Shown here piece by piece: positions 50,601 to 64,000 of a stretch of 64,000 nucleotides of DNA. The stretch is taken from assembly GCA_010405405.1 (NCBI GenBank), contig MU004232.1, positions 1,631,481 to 1,695,480 on the forward strand, given 5' to 3'. Position 1 is the first letter of the stretch. Each line of letters starts with the position of its first letter. The stretch comes from Microthyrium microscopicum. Lineage: Eukaryota. The notes beneath the pieces were generated by a model. That model was not told where the DNA came from, did no database searches, and was given only the letters and a program-made list of their open reading frames with translations. The position numbers were made by a program, and so were the translations under genes.

Positions 50601-52713
50601 AACTTGGTCGCAATACAGGGCATATTTACTGATGTAGTGATCAACTAGACAGCATGGTAACAAGCCAAATGCTTATTGAGAGGTCAATCTTACTCCATCT
50701 CAATCCACTACCACATAACATAGGCTCGGACACCTAGGATTCTCGATTCACTGGAAGGTCTGAGAATGTCCCTTTTTATCCATCTGTGCTTGAGCACAGA
50801 TAACAGCTCATCGAGTTTCGAGACCAGGGGAGCTATACTGTCATTTCGCTGGGTGACCTATATCAGGGAAAGTAAGTCGAATTGTACAACCACAGGCTTT
50901 CAACGACAACGACTAATTATAATCGGCGGAGAACAAACCAATATCCGCACAGTACGTGAAACAGATCTCTGAGCACCTTCCTCCATGTAACGCCACGCGA
51001 CACATTGAACACGAGAAACTTACCATGAATATCTGGAACGGCTTTGGCCTTTCAGCGCCACGCCATGACACGGATAGTTGGCATGCAAATGGACTCGAAA
51101 GACCTCAAAGCTGTCAAGCGCTGGATCAAATCGGTCAATCCCAGCTCTAACGGTCTGACCTGCGGATAGATTTACGAAGTTGGACGAGGCATAATGAAGA
51201 GCAATTGGGACACATCATAAAGGTCGCATTCAGGGGCGTACTTGTACCACTTTCAAGAGCCAGGGGCTGCGAGTCTGCGAAGCAGAATGAAATCGTGTAA
51301 TATGGCTCTTGCGAGCGGCTCTCCACGGTTGAATTCCAGATTTTTCCAGAAGCACTCTCCTCATAGCTGCGGGTCGACCAGTATGCACAAGTCCAAGTTC
51401 CTGAGTCGTCATGAAGTCTGTGGAAAAAGAGGTTGGTGCACGGACCAGTGACACCAAACAATGCCCCTTTTTCTTACTTGGATGGTCGGCGGCCTCCCTG
51501 GGAACGAGCAAGCATCAAATTCTTTCAACGGTTGGCATGAGCTCGGTGCCCTGCCTGAGCTGTCCTTATGCGCCAGGGGATGAAATTACGTTTAACTCGT
51601 TCCAAATTTCAATGTCCTTGATCAAGCTCACAGGACTCAAGGAGCTGGGCGGTCTACCAAGAGACGGACATCACCCTTGAGTGATAATTTAATGGATGCT
51701 TATAAAACCTAACAGACGGGCACATACAAAAGCAACGAAGGTTCGCTTGAAAAGATATGGCCTAACATCTCAAAGGTATGTTAGACGTTTTGACATATGT
51801 TCTGACCCGTAAGGAGCCAGTGACTGCGACGTGGCACAATAGATGCTTCCCAGCGATCGAGTAGTTACAATTTTCAACCTATTATTGAGACATTGATCTA
51901 GTGAACTGTATCGTGGCAGGATAGTATAACAAAACCTCTCTTTCTCTTGCAATTTTCCAATGGCAAGCGTGCAGAGACGGAAACACCGAAATTACCTTAG
52001 GATCAATCACTGCTGGATATTCCTGTATGATGATGGCAAGATATAAACCTCATACCCCGTCCCAACTAGCGCTAACATTGAATTACGAACAGCCTGTAAT
52101 CCTCAACGATTTATACCCTCCTGCAATTGAGCCAGCAGAGAGACACCCACTGTCTTGGACGTCACATCCGAGGCACGTCAATTCACTGAGCACGAATACG
52201 GATAACCCCATTTGCACAACGATGGTAATCGGACGAGGCCAAGACGAGGCTGTTCCCGTCACACGTTATCATGAAATGCGTGCTTACGCACAAAAGCACT
52301 ACCGTAATAGCTTTCCATCCTTGCTTTAGACAAACCCTGATACCATATCGAGGACTACAAGGGGGATTCTCATTCCTCCATGTGAGCCAGCATCAAAACC
52401 TAAATATCTTCTTGAGACAATCCAGAGCATCAAAAAAATCTAGGCTGAGAAAACAAAATGCTGTGGTCAGAGTATGGTATGATTCTAATATTTAGAGGGG
52501 CTCAGTATATAATTTCAATCTACACGCCCACCAACCGCGCCAATGCCAGCCAAACCATGCAATAACACGTTTGAAAAATGTACCATGAACAAGAAAACCC
52601 CGGAATCGAGATCTGATTCCAGCCAAACACACCTGCAGAAGCTGTATATGCACACAACATCACGACCGCGACCTCCAACCTCCAACTCCACGTCCTCTCG
52701 TTGCTAGCAATCT

Positions 52714-54867
52714 TTACGACCACACATCCTCTTGGTACTGATTCGACGCCCTCATGCGCTTAACTTCTTCCTCGCCCTTCGATTCCGGCCACCCGCGTTG
52801 CTCTGAAATGATCTTTCCTAGCAGCGTATTCACATCACGAGCCATGTTCGCTGCATCACCGCAAACGTAAAAGTATGCGCGCTTAAGAAGGAGGTCGTTG
52901 ATAGCTTTTGCCTGCTCGGTGATTTTGTGCTGCACGTATACCTTCTTTGGCCCATCGCGGGAAAAGGCTGTGTGCATCTCAAAGTTGTCGCCGAGGTCTG
53001 CGGCGTATTGCTGAGAAACATGTTAGTCAAAGGTGATGAAAAGAGGAAAGATATGGATCGAAGAGCTTACCTTCCACTCGTCAGCATATAAAAAGTCCTC
53101 GGATTGTTTCCGGCAGCCAAAGAAGAGAATCGTTTTGCCGACGGTTTGGCCTTCGCGCGCGAGTGCGGCACGTTCTTGGACGAAGGCGCGGAATGGTGCA
53201 ACACCGGTGCCGGGACCAACCATGATGATGGGCTTGGCGGGATCTGAGGGGAGTTTGAAGTTGGAGTGGCGGATGTGTACGGGCACATGGATGCCATCGT
53301 ACTTATTGCGAGGTCCGTTGAGCTCGTAGTTGAGACCGTGTGGATCTGGATTGGCTTCGCCGTGTTGCTTCTGCTTGAGGGCGAGTAGGTAGTTTGTGGT
53401 GACGCCCTTGAGGACGTGAGGAGCCTTGGGCTTATGCATAGATTCAACAACAGCGGTGATTGCGACTTTGGTAGGCTGGGCATGAGATGAGGAGGAGATC
53501 GAGTAGTACCGGGGCTGAATTTTGTTGAGACCTTCGATGAACAGGGAGAAAGGTGCGGCGGGCCATGCGGTGCCCTTAGATTGAGTCTCGAGGAGTTGAG
53601 CAATGTTGAGGCTCCAGTCAGCGACCTCCTTGTGGAAAAGATCTTTATCGGAGCCAAGAGCTGTCATGGATTTTTTAATTTCTTCCGTGGGCGCGAAGGG
53701 TGCGATCTGGGAAACGAATTGACGAGAAACTGGAGCGCAAATTTCCATGTGGTAGCGAACTATCGCGTCGTAGGTTGTCGGCGATGGAAATGGAACCCTG
53801 GCTGTTGGATCTGTTCCTTTGACAGTTATGACGTTATTACGCTTCTCGTATAAGCCCAAGACCTTGAGAAATCGATCGACTTCCATGCCTGCATTCGTGG
53901 GCCAGACGGCGATATGATCTCCGGTAGTGTATTTTAGGTTCGTATTACCAATATCGATTTCCATGTGCAGACAATTGCGCTGGGGATCATGAAATAGCTC
54001 TTTTGATTCGACGATAGGTGCGATGTAAGGATTGGCGGCGTTGTATGGTCCTTGTGATTTGCCTTCGAGATGGTTCTTGTTGGGCTCTCCAACATAGACG
54101 GTGTCATCCTCAATGGTCAAGTCAGACCGCTCCGTGATCTCGAAAGTTGGTTCATACACAGCCTCGCGCTCTTCTAGATTCATGGTCTCGGCAAGCGAAG
54201 CCCACATAGGCTCCTTCCAAGCCAGAAAGTCCTCCTCCATGGTACCAGCGCCATCGTCACCTTCGCCAGCTTCACCAATACGAGTGGCGCCACATTTTTC
54301 AAGTGCCGTGTTGACATTGCGAACCATGGAATTGTAGTGCTCGTAGGTGTTGTTTCCAAGACCAAAGGCGACAAACTTGAGTTTGGCGAGTGGCTTCTCT
54401 TCGGGCGATTGACCTTCGCTAAAGGCAGGTTCTTCGGTAGTGACGAACTCGTAGAAATCAACCGCGTTGTCAGTAGGCTCGCCTTCACCATATGTGGCCA
54501 GTATGTAAAACACGACCTTGTCTTCTGGGACCAGATCCAAATTGTCAAAGTCATAGTCTTCCAAGTCCGCCACCATAGTATCCAGGCCAAAACGAGAGTG
54601 TCCTTCCTTGGCCAGACGATTGGCGTAATCTTCAGCGGTACCAGTTTGCGAGCCGTAGAATACTATGCAGTTCTTCCCCGTTTCATCCATTTTTTCGAGA
54701 AAATTTCTTGTACGACCGGTGTTCTTATGGCCATTGGCCAGCGCCAGAGAGTTGCCATAAGGATCCTTTGCTATTGCCCAGTATGTTCCCTTTGTAAAGT
54801 ATGCGATAGTGCCAAGTAGGAGGGCGACCAGGACTACAATGTCCAAGGTGTCGAGTTGAGAGGCCAT
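52714..54867 (-). CDS. cprA: NADPH-cytochrome P450 reductase
   Basis: N-terminal anchor, FYGSQTGTAE, ATYGEGEPTDNA, PRYYSISSS, GPGTGVAPFR, FFGCR, YVCGDA, C-terminal EDVWS. Intron 53011-53070. Confidence 0.97.
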
Positions 54868-56890
54868 GATGATGCCTATATCAGTCAGATGCGCCGGATG
54901 GCGGCTGTCGCTGGTAAGAAGGACGCTGAAGCGTAGTGGGGAGCGAAAGGACGTAAACGAGGAGAATGGAAGTCAGACAGCGAGAGAGGACACAGTAGGA
55001 TACAAGAAAAGAAAAAGAAAAGGTATAGAACTGGCTGTGCTGTGAAGTTGCCAGGTGACAAGTCTGAAGATTACGGAGGTACAGCTTGAGGATTTGGCAG
55101 GTGAAGGCAAGACGGGTCCGGTCTGGCCAATGACTGACGCGCTTGGCGGATGTGTAGCGCGGAGGTTCGGATGTTCGGGATCCGGTCAAATCTTCAAGCC
55201 GGCTCGCTTGCCTCCTGTGCCTCCGAATGAGACTCCAGATTGTTCGATCGACTGATATTTTATAGAAGCTGCACTTATGTCCTTCTGAGTATTTCCTATT
55301 GATCACACGTCCTGTTACCTATCGCCCTATGTTGTCGCCATATTAAATATTATATTATGCACCACTCGCACGTCTAGATGCCATCACATTGGTTCCGCAT
55401 GTCAGTCCACTTCGCTTCTTATTTTCCTGCCGATATTCCGTTGCGGAAGTACCAGGCCGAACTTCCAGGAATGAGTCTGGAGCTTTCAAGTCATTGGCAA
55501 GCATTCGGATGCGAGAAATATATCTGTGTACCATTGTCCACTACTCAGAGTCTAGGGGCGTGCCTATAACATAAGTGTTATAGCTGACTAGATTGGCACA
55601 TTTCTGGCGAGGCGTCAATGCCATAACGCTCGCCTTTGGAAACAAGCTCGACTCTACGTGAACAACGCCAGCTTGCGTGTCCGCGATTGAAGGCATGCTG
55701 ACTTGCACATGATAATATTCTGTGAGGGTCTCAAGTAGTGAAGAGTCTCGTGAGCTTGCACCTGAATAGCGAATCCAGCACTAAACCTCATAGACAATCA
55801 ATGCTTGATGTGCTCCAAACAGACTTCAATCGCGCTGCCTAGCAATAGGACAACCTACACGTTCCCGACGGATGGATCCGTGGATTTCTTGCGTTTCGAG
55901 CGAAGCATCAAGCCTCGATATGTCAATGACAGCTACATACAGATGGCGTGTGGTTCAGGCAAACACATGTTGAGAGAGCGCATGTCGCGTGCCGCAGAGC
56001 ATAGTATCCCTGTTGTCTGGATGCAACACGGTAAACTGGCGGTAAAGGCCGATACTGGCATGCTTGTGTCCAGTCAGCTTGACCATTCTTGGAGCTTTTC
56101 CAGTCCTGGTCCCTGGAATTACTGAGCTCAAGAACGGTTCCTTAGGGTTTTTATGCAAAGTGCTTGGATCAGACTGACGTCAAAGTTTCCAAATTAACCG
56201 TGCATAACGTGGATTTAAACAATAAACAACGTGCTAAATAAGGGGTAAACAAGACAACGACAACTGTCCATGATCAGCCTGGTGGTTGAGCAAACAGCAA
56301 CCTCAACACCATAGTTCGTCAGGTCGAGTGGAGTGGCTCCCATGGCCAACTCCGCTCTATGACCAACATTTAGCTCCCGATGATATACAGAGACAGCGGA
56401 GACTTAGCGGCGGACAATTGATGGCGGAATATTGTGGGTGGTGTGGTGGTGAGAAATAAACCTCCACCTTCCCCTTTGAGGCTCCGCCAGGGGGTGCTAA
56501 CTGACAATGCGCGCCAATTGGTTCGCGACCACACTTCAAACCCATCCCAGCGCACCTATTCAGGGACCTGCATCTCCTCCATGACCATCCGCTCCACTGA
56601 GTCTACGGTACTCCCATTTTGTGACCTGTCTTGCAAAACTCAGCGCCAGTCTGTTAGGCATTCTCACAAGCCGCCGTTGCGACTACTACTATCCAAAAAG
56701 CCTGGTCGAGTGGGGCCGTTGTCTCTTCATCCATCCATCTTGTCTTAACTTCAACTTCAACTCCAACTCCCAAGATCATACCTCCCAAGATCGCATCCAT
56801 GTCTCCGTCAGCTTGTACCTCTGTACTGTATAACAGCGCCTAGCAATTCCGAATCCCCTCGTTTGAAGGACCCATGTCGACCCATAAGGG

Positions 56891-59800
56891 ATGGGTACGT
56901 TGTTTCCTTCCCTAGCTCCACTTCTCGACACCTGCAACACGCCTTGTGCTATTATCGTCGTCTCATGGCCTTGCCGCTCTATTCCTTCACTCTTTCCCCT
57001 CGAGCACGCTGCTTTTCACCTCACGCCACACCCTCTCCTTCCTATTGCGACCAGTCCTGCTAACCATTCTGGCATGAACAGCTCTCCAACTGTCGCTTGG
57101 TCGACAGCGATCCGAAAGCCTATCGCATCATAATCGCGACAACCCATCCGCTACTCCACCTCCACAACTACCTTCATCTCGAGATTTCCGCGGCCGGGCT
57201 TTGACCGTCAACGCAAGTCACGGCTCCTCAAGATCCAATACTCCCGCTGCCCACCCACAAATTCCCTCCACACATGAACCACCAACTCTAGAACGAAAGC
57301 CTTCAGCTGGAGCATACGGTCATCATCGTCAAACCTCCATAGTCCACGGAAACATCCAACACTCTCGTAACACAAGCTTCAATAGCCCAACCACAAGCCC
57401 GATATCCCAGCAAACCATACCCGAATCCCACAATCGCCATGCTTTAGACAGCATGATTCTCCCCGGTAAAGAGGGTGGGCCAATTCCTGTCCTAAATCCA
57501 AGCATAGGGACGGGCAGCAAAGGTCACTCGCCTTCGTCGTCAACAACTGTTGCCAACGGTGATTCCTCTCATAATTATGGCCCAACCCGGAGATTAGATA
57601 GAGGTGGAAGCAACAGTTCAAGATTGCGCTCCGCTGGACACTCTCATTCGCAATCAAGAGGACAAGATTTCAAAACAGTTGGAGAATATGCTCTACATCA
57701 CCTCTTTACTGCTTGGGGTGCCCTCGCAGACCAGAAGATCAACCAATGTATGAGCGCACCGCAGGTGGAACCTCGGACTGAACTTTATTGTGGCCCCGGT
57801 GCGGATCCTGCGCTGGATCAATTGATATCAGCTCTTGGCCATATAGCGCGACTCAAGCCAAAGCCATTGATAGATACTATGATGGTATGGAGGAAGGCCA
57901 AAAGCGACAAAGCGCAGCAGGCTCGTGATCATTTGCACCAATCACGTATAGCCACCCAGTCTACTGCGAGCTTGCCAACTTCATCATACGTCCTGGAATC
58001 AACCTTGCAACTCAATCGGACCGCCAACGCGGAAGATCGAAGATCTACCATATCTATCTATCTTCTGTGTAGAGTGCTGATGGAGGTGTTCACTCAAAGT
58101 ACTCTCCAGGCGGTCACGCCAGAAATTGCCGACAGACTTGAAGATATTATCTACAAGCAGTTGAGTAATAGTGACCCTGAAATGCTCACAGATTCGCCTT
58201 TTAGACAAAGCAACTGGATCATATTCAGCCAATTACTGGGAAAGATGAGTGAACTGGATTTTGACCGCATTGTTCCACGATTCATAAATGACTTGAGTCG
58301 TATGCAGTTATCTGCACCAAAGGTTCAGGGCGATCGAGAGAGCAGAGCGGTGCTTGTGATCCGAGGAATGCGCTATATCAAAGTCCGGTTTCAACCAGAA
58401 ACTGCTTGGGACAAGACATGCGATTTTCTATCCGCCTTGGCCACCATTTACGCCACTGCATCTGGAACATATGTCAAATATGCATTCACAGATTTGTTCA
58501 AGGAACTTCTTCTGCCAATTGCTGCTGGCGCGACTTCGCAGCTTAACGTGCCGAAGTGGGCTAGTGTTATTGCTACCATGAAACCACGAATGACCACGAC
58601 AGTCGCAAAGCCAAAGGCCTGGGCAGATATCTTTCCGTCTCTCGTGGTGGTACTTTGCGCCTCTCCTGATGAAGCCTTCTCTTCACAATGGCTTAGCCTC
58701 ATAAGCCCGTTGCCTTCTAAACTGAAGGAGCGCCAAACTCGTGCCGCAGCACTTCGCGGTTTGTCACGATTACTTTGGACTTACCTTTTTCGAACCTCTG
58801 ACACCTACAATAACACTCTCAAGAACATCACAGATATCATAAAGATGGTCTTTGCCAATCCTGGAAAACGCTCCATCGTCTCAACCGATCCAGATGTGGC
58901 AGACCCAATCATCCAGCTCATCAGAATAATAGCATATAAACATCGCGAGCTCTGCATGCGATCCATTGTATGGCCATTGATGGGTTCTGACCTATTCATG
59001 TCTCATCAACCAGGCAACATTCGAATTGCTGAAGTTGAGCCTGAGAAGGTCGTCATAGGCATTCGTGCCTTCCTCGCTATAATGACCGATCTAGAAAATG
59101 GAGCGCAACCACCATTTCCTGTGGATTTCGACTCATACCCCCTTTCGGAACCTTTTCGCATACCATCACCACCCAATAGCCCTCAATCGCCCAGAGATGG
59201 GGCTTCCAAGTCCACACTATTGCGCGAAGAGCGCTTGTCAAGACCAGTTGTTGTCACTGGCTTCGATCAATCAGCCATGCAGGACTATGGGCGATTTTGC
59301 CAAATGCTAGGTGCAGTCACGATATTTTGCGACCATACGTTTGGTGGGCAAGCCGTCCTAGATGAAAAGTTCTCGCAAACGCCCAAGACGCCAATCGCTG
59401 AAGCTTTCAGCTTCGCAAGACGGGACGATTACCAAACCCAGACTGATTTTCGTCAAACTTTTTATGATCTCCTCCATGTCGCAGTACAAGCATTACCCCG
59501 ATGCCTCTCACCTAACATACCCTTCAAAAATCTCGTGAATCTTCTTTGTACGGGCACAGCACATGTTCAAAAGACGATTGCAATCTCATCAGTTCAATCT
59601 CTCAAATCAATCGCAAAGCAGGGTCATGCTCAGCCGGTGACCATGGGATTCGCTAGATTCATCTTCAATTTCGATGACCGGTACTCAACCATGTCCGATG
59701 GTGGCATGCTTGGACCAGACCATATTGAGAGCACGCTGAAGCTTTACGTTGAGCTTCTTCACATCTGGATTGATGAGATAAAACAAAAGCAAAAACGGGT

Positions 59801-62800
59801 GGTTGTCGAGTCTCCAAATGACAACGTCAGTGGTAACCGAGGGGCTCATCTTGAGGTCTCTAGTCTCTGGACACATGTTGATGAGGTGGAATCTCACGGG
59901 CTGTTCTTTCTTTGCTCTCCTTCTCGGAGGGTTAGATCTTTTGCGGTTACGGTTTTGCGCTTGGTTCTCGAGTTTGACAATGCGCTCGGCCACGACAATG
60001 AACGAGTTATCCGAATCATGGAAGGCCGACCAGACTTGGTCCTAGATGCTGATAACGAAAAGCTCAGCGTAGCCGAGCGGAGTCGTGTGCAGAAAGCCCT
60101 TAAGCGTACGGGAGAAAAGAGTGCAGTCGTCGAGCTATGCAGTAGTGAGGCGGCGTATGATTCCACTTTATGGTTCAAAATCTTCCCAAACCTGGTCCGA
60201 ATGAGCTCAGATCTCTGTCCTAATTCGTCAGCTTTGACTAGAGAGATTGTCTGCGCAAGGCTATCGCAGATGCAACGAGCCATACATTCTCTTTCTGATG
60301 GGCCTCGTGCCATGGTAGCCTATCCTGCAGGCATGGACTCATCGATGATGAGAGGCGGTACTAGATTAGCCAGTACTCATCCGGACATGCTTATTGAACA
60401 GTGGAAGCTTTACCTTGTTTTCGCGTGTACCACGTTGACCAATACTGGTTCTCAAGGTCCGGTCGCTCAACCTCAAAATCACGTTAGACAAGGATCGAAG
60501 CCAATTACGCCATTAGACGAGGTAAAGACCGCTTCGCAGCTCTTCTTGAGAATTGTTCCACTTTTGGGGGTTGCAAATCAATCTATCAGATCTGCCGTCG
60601 TCGCTGGGTTGGGCTCCATCAATTTCAATCTCTACAGAACTCTTCTGGAAGCACTTCAGCCATCAATCAACACCTGCAACGAATCTTCCCGCAACATGAT
60701 GCAACCAAATCGGACCCTCGGAAGCCCACGTCGATTTAGAAAATCACAGAACGACTACCTTCGAACAGAAATAGCAGGCGTCTATAAGCTGACCTCACAT
60801 TTTCTCAAACGACCGGAAGTCTTTGGTGATGAGTGGATTCTGGATAACCTAGTCAGATACACCCAGGAACTCCGTCTGTTCTTGAATGACGCCGATGTTC
60901 AGCTGGAATGGGAATTTATCAGACTTCGAACATACTATTGCGGCCTCATGGAAGAGCTTTACGATGGTCTGAAGAAATCCAAAGATCCACCTCGTTGGAT
61001 GCCCTTCCAAGCTCGTAAGGCTGCCTTTGGCCTGATGGAGGACTGGTGTGGATTCTCACCAAATGAACATGATCCTCAAATTCAGCATCGTGAGGCGCAA
61101 ATGCGTCGATCGGTTGTGGAGGAGGAGCAAGTCATGGGAAAGCCCGGCTCCATGTCTGTGGCCATGGAACACGAGAAAAAAGACCTGAAAATGGCTGCTT
61201 TGAGCGCTATGGCAACTCTTTGCGCTGGTCCTGTCAGCGTAACTGGGGATATCAAGGCTCAGGCTCACCTAACCTTTGATGTTCTTCGCTTGATTGAGTG
61301 GATCGATAGAATCTTCAATAATGTCAGCGACAAAACACAATCGATTGGGCGCCGAGCTCTCAAAAATCTCATCACCCACAACAAGGAGCATATGTATTTC
61401 CTTTCCCGATGTCTGGAAATTTGCTATCTTTGTCAATCACCCAAGGCCCTGGAATGCTATTTCGATGTAGTAACTCAAGTCTTGACAGAGAGGGAAGATA
61501 TCGAGCCACCTTTCTGGAAGGTTGTCTGTGCTTGCCTGTTCACGCTGGGCAGCGACAACAATCAACTACGCATCAAGGCTGCCCGTCTACTCCGAGTTAT
61601 TGAAACACGACGTTACAAAAGCTCAACTTTACACGAGTTTGACATTAAGATCTCGGATAAAACTATCGGCGTTTACAAACAAGCTCAATTCGACATGTCT
61701 TTGCGCCTTGCGGAGCACCATCCAGAGCTTGCATTTCACATCTTTTCGGAATTCTCCAAGTACTTTAAGGATCTGGAAAAGGACAAACAGCGAGCAATGG
61801 TCGCTGCCATGCTACCTTGGGTGCAGCATATTGAACTGCAATTGGACCCCAATGGAGGTCCAACACCGAGTTCTTATATGCTTTTGGTCAACCTCTTTGA
61901 GATCACGGTGCGCTTTGGCAGCTCCTTATATAATGAGATTGAGGGGTTTTGGGGAGCATTAACCCACCATCCGGGCAACGTTCAGCTTGTTCTTGACTTT
62001 GTTATGCACATCTGTCTGGAAAAGCGGGATCAAAATATCGTCGATCACACTCGCCAAATCGTGGTTTATCTCTCAAAAGCAGTTGCGCGAGGAAAGTCGA
62101 AAGTTATAGAGTATCTTTTACTTCTCATCACGCCAAAAGCTATGGTTCAAGACAAAGATCAGCGACAAAGCTTCATACCAGCACCACAAGAAGCGGTTAA
62201 TTTCCCTTATTTGGCTGACTTGAATCTTATATTTCCGGCTGGTCCTATGATGAGCCGCCAGCAGCGGCTTTCTCAAGGACAGCTGGCTTTGATCCTACTT
62301 GTCGATCTGATTGTCACACCAACAGAGCTCGCTATGGAATATGTCCCACTTCTTTTACAAGTCGTGCTCATCTTATGGGATCACTATATTCCACGAGTAC
62401 AAGAGGGCGCGCGGGAAATGTTGGTACATCTCATACACGAGCTTGTCATTTCAAAGATGGATGAAACATCCTCGAATCCTTCCAAAGAAAGCATTGAACA
62501 ATTTATTGACATGATTAGACGGGAAGATGCGAAAGTCGTTTGGAGTTATGATGACTTTAACGGCAAAAAAGAGTCGTCAGACGGCAATCTTCGTGTCCCG
62601 GAAAGCATGGTTTTCGTTGCGACTCAGGTCGTCGACATTTTCAGCATTCCCTATCCATCAATCAAAGAAGAGCTCGGTAAAACCACTCTGCGATGGGCTT
62701 CAAACTGTCCGGTTCATCATCTGGCATGTCGTTCCTTCCAGGTCTTCCGAAGCATCTTGAGCTCCCTCGAACAACAAATGCTCGCTGATATGCTCGCTCG

Positions 62801-64000
62801 CTTATCTAATACTATCGCCGACGAAGGTTCCGAGGTGCAAACATTCTCCATGGAAATTCTTACAACGCTCAAGACCATCATTGACGCCTTTGCGCCCATG
62901 GACTTGATTCAGTATCCACAGCTTTTCTGGACAACTTGTGCATGCCTTGACACGGTGCATGAGCGCGAGTACACGGAGGCCTTGATTATGCTTGAGCGAA
63001 CGCTGGAAAAGCTTAATCTCTCTGACCCATTGATTCTTCAGCGGCTTCTTGATAGCAAGCCACCCAAGTGGGAAGGTAAATTTGAAGGACTGCTCAGTCT
63101 GGTCTACAAGGGAATAAGATCGTCCTTGTGTCTAGACAAGACCCTCAAAGTTATGGAGACTTTAGTCAAGCTGCCACCTAGTGAGCTAGTTGGCGATGAG
63201 ACTGGCTTAGTCTTTACGATATTGGCCAATTGCCCCCGATTTTTGGATGCCATGGAAGCTGGGCAACCTGATCCTGCCGTCTTTGCCACGGCAGAACGAC
63301 TGGCAGCTATTGCTGATGCTCGTAACTTTTCAGACATATCCGTGACGCTTCGAGGATTTGCCGGATCGATCTACCGCTCTGGGAGGGATTTCTTCTCCCG
63401 CTTACTGGATGCCATCAAACCTGCCTTCTTTCCACAGCTTGAGTTCAACTGCCTGGTCTTCCTTATGAGCCTGTTAACAAATCGCCTGCCCTGGTTCAAG
63501 ATTAAAGTCATGGAAATGCTGTGCTCCCTTATTCCGCAGATTGACATGAAGAAATCCGAGATCGCTAGCAAAGGTCCCGATCTCATCACGCCTCTGCTTC
63601 GTCTTTTACAGACTGAATTCTGTCCGCAGGCGCTCAACGTCCTTGACAACGTTGTCGGTATGAACGCAACGCCATTGGAGCACAAACATATCCGCATGAG
63701 CATGATCGGCGCAAATAGCAGTCGTGCAACAAGAAAGGAATACGAGAAAACCCAGAGCTTATACGGTATACCTGAGGAATCTGGCTGGGCAATCCCAATG
63801 CCAGCTATTCATATGCTGGCAACGAGAAACAATGTGCATTCTGTATTCTATACATGTGCCGCCCCGGGTATACCTGCTGCAATACCAGAGGCTACACCGA
63901 AGATTGAGCTTGTTGACGATGAGTTTAATGGCTCTTATTTCAACGACTACCGCACAGCCACTATGATGTCGGACGATACGCGAACCGATACCCACGTTGG
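56891..64000 (+). CDS. TAO3: Cell morphogenesis scaffold PAG1/TAO3 (Mor2/Furry), 3'-truncated by the window
   Basis: Long frame from 57082 with GHHRQTSIVHG, TVGEYALHHLF, ICGPGADP..DQLISALGHIAR.KPK.LIDTMMVWRK, EDRRSTISIYLLCRVL, WASNCPVHHLACRSFQVFR. Proposed first coding exon ATGG 56891-56894, intron 56895-57081. Confidence 0.92.

Noticed and set aside
56142..56149. TTAGGGTT as telomere or telomerase template
   Set aside because: Single 8-mer expected by chance; no supporting structure.

Overview
Eukaryotic DNA from a filamentous ascomycete (Pezizomycotina, probably a Dothideomycete; inferred from short GT-AG introns with CTRAC branch points and clear RIP). About 20 genes. Recognisable ones are a Ca-binding external NADH dehydrogenase, mitochondrial S12, a DUF1275 membrane protein head-to-head with oxalate decarboxylase, alcohol dehydrogenase, a secreted carboxylesterase, a Ulp1-type protease, an APH-like kinase, RPN1, RIO2, a two-RRM protein, NADPH-P450 reductase and PAG1/TAO3 (missing from the ORF track; runs off the right end). 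The other notable elements are: (1) a complete RIP-destroyed 2.76-kb Mutator-like transposon (55-bp TIRs, 10-bp TSD, DDE and SWIM remnants) upstream of ADH; (2) a 236-bp foldback MITE in an intron; (3) a Cys-rich secreted locus in which one signal-peptide exon appears able to splice onto either of two paralogous exon sets; (4) a mosaic repeat region at 22.6-24.1 kb; (5) a 19-bp minisatellite with a 114-bp higher-order unit. All calls were made by eye; no searches were run.
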